A stretch of DNA of 62,126 bases, counting the filler, from Pirum gemmata (taxonomy: Eukaryota): the NCBI GenBank assembly GCA_002812295.1. It is 26 parts of 26 records of this genome, joined end to end, with 100 filler letters (N's around TTAATTAATTAA, not from the genome) between each part and the next. Parts side by side here need not be neighbours in the genome. Positions count along the whole stretch, not along the records: positions 59,964 to 62,126 come from PDIN01008041.1; 25 more parts are not named here. One strand, 5' to 3'. Every line of letters starts with the position of its first letter. Within the stretch, counting starts at the first letter, position 1. The notes beneath the pieces were generated by a model. It was not told the DNA's origin and did not search any database. It was given only the letters and a program-made list of their open reading frames with translations. Of the stretch, positions 62,033-62,126 are shown in pieces. The translations under genes were made by a program, and so were the position numbers.

Positions 62033-62126
62033 TAATAATAATAATAATAATTATTTGTTGTAAGTGATGGTTGTACTAATAACAGTTGATTATTAAAGTA
62101 TACTTAATGCATATATTCTACTAATA
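62033..62126 (+). repeat. Direct repeat identical to the scaffold start (59964-60057)
   Basis: ATTATTTGTTGTAAGTGATGG...CATATATTCTACTAATA occurs at 59981-60057 and 62050-62126, a period of 2069 bp. Confidence 0.92.

Overview
This is not one continuous locus. It is a concatenation of 26 short (about 2.1-3.8 kb) scaffolds from a very AT-rich, intron-rich eukaryote, probably an opisthokont/holozoan-type protist (inference). Scaffolds are joined by an artificial 100-bp N-TTAATTAATTAA-N linker, so adjacency between scaffolds means nothing. Manual GT-AG splicing recovers fragments of YKT6, glutathione reductase, PP4R3/SMEK, VPS8, an SLC41/MgtE transporter, a tandem two-domain lipocalin, a MARVEL/CASP-like membrane protein, a Cys-rich repeat protein, a secreted protein with furin-type sites and a tRNA-Val(TAC). 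Non-coding scaffolds hold about ten MITE families, interstitial telomere-type arrays, microsatellites and a Ty1/copia RNase H relic. Three observations stand out. (1) A four-exon, frame-consistent DUF262 gene (GmrSD/SspE-type bacterial defence domain) whose IP-x-FQR motif is split by a spliceosomal intron. (2) Patches of TA-delimited 1-5 nt words that look like stacked excision footprints of TA-targeting transposons. (3) Telomeric repeats that fill introns and cap broken transposons. All family assignments come from motif recognition by eye; no database search was run.
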